Of a DNA stretch of 64,000 nt, positions 63,351 through 64,000 are shown piece after piece. Within the stretch, counting starts at the first letter, position 1. Every line of letters begins with the position of its first letter. The notes below the pieces were generated by a model. The model searched no databases. It was not told the DNA's origin and saw only the letters and a list, made by a program, of their open reading frames with translations. The stretch is taken from positions 25,854,001 to 25,918,000 of the forward strand of contig NC_043020.1 of assembly GCF_006345805.1 (NCBI RefSeq), given 5' to 3'. A program made the translations under genes and the position numbers. This DNA is from Octopus sinensis. Taxonomy: Eukaryota.

Positions 63351-63725
63351 CAGGCGCAGGAGTGGCTGTGTGGTAAGTAGCTTGCTAACCAACCACACGG
63401 TTGCGGGTTCAGTCCCACTGCGTGGCATCTTGGGCAAGTGTCTTCTGCTATAGCCCCGGGCCGACCAATGCCTTGTGAGTGGATTTGGTAGACGGAAACT
63501 GAAAGAAGCCTGTCGTATATATGTATATATATATGTATGCGTGTGTTTGTGTGTCTGTGTTTGTCCCCCTGGCATTGCTTGACAACCGATGCTGGTGTAT
63601 TTAGGTCCCCGTCACTTAGCGGTTCGGCAAAAAGAGACCGATAGAATAAGTACTAAAAGGTGGTGCTCCAGCATGGCCGCAGTCAAATGACTGAAACAAG
63701 TAAAAGAGTAAAGAGAGAGTAAAGA
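63351..63725 (+). mobile_element. SINE family A with a short internal deletion near the tail
   Basis: aggcgcaggagtggc head to cagtcaaatgactgaaacaagtaaaagag tail; the gggcttacaaag...gctcgatt block is missing. Confidence 0.88.
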
Positions 63726-63763
63726 GTATATTTGAAATACATGCACACACATGCACACACACA

Positions 63764-63818
<55 letters not shown>

Positions 63819-64000
63819 TATATGTATGTATGTATATATAATATATATATATATATGTATATATACATACATACATATATATATATATATACATACATAT
63901 ATATATATATACATACATATATCTATATGTATGTATGTATATATATATATGTATATATATATATATGTATGTATATGTATATGTATATATATATAGATAT

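Overview
AT-rich, microsatellite-saturated eukaryotic DNA. The SINE families and simple-repeat load suggest a cephalopod (octopus-like) genome; this is an inference. No host protein-coding exon could be supported, and most listed ORFs are microsatellite artefacts. Main result: the 1.2-5.0 kb tandem array (about 7.7 x 490 bp) carries a complete type I hammerhead ribozyme (HHR) in each of its 8 full or partial units. The HHR is easy to miss because stem II carries a 58-nt extension. A diverged 1.2-unit relative at 10.36-10.92 kb has the same HHR with fully covaried stems, and several other hairpins covary too. This looks like a non-LTR retrozyme (circRNA-producing) family inserted in (TA)n, with an unusual long-stem-II ribozyme. 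Three further decayed Penelope-type HHRs occur elsewhere. The window also holds four R4/Dong-clade (REL endonuclease) retrotransposon copies in (TAA)n tracts: one is a recombinant chimera of its two neighbours and one is nearly intact with 5' 21/22-bp monomers. Other content: many tRNA-derived SINEs, CR1/L2-like, mariner and Helitron relics, a MITE, a long foldback and several local duplications. Many single-base homopolymer indels look like long-read error.
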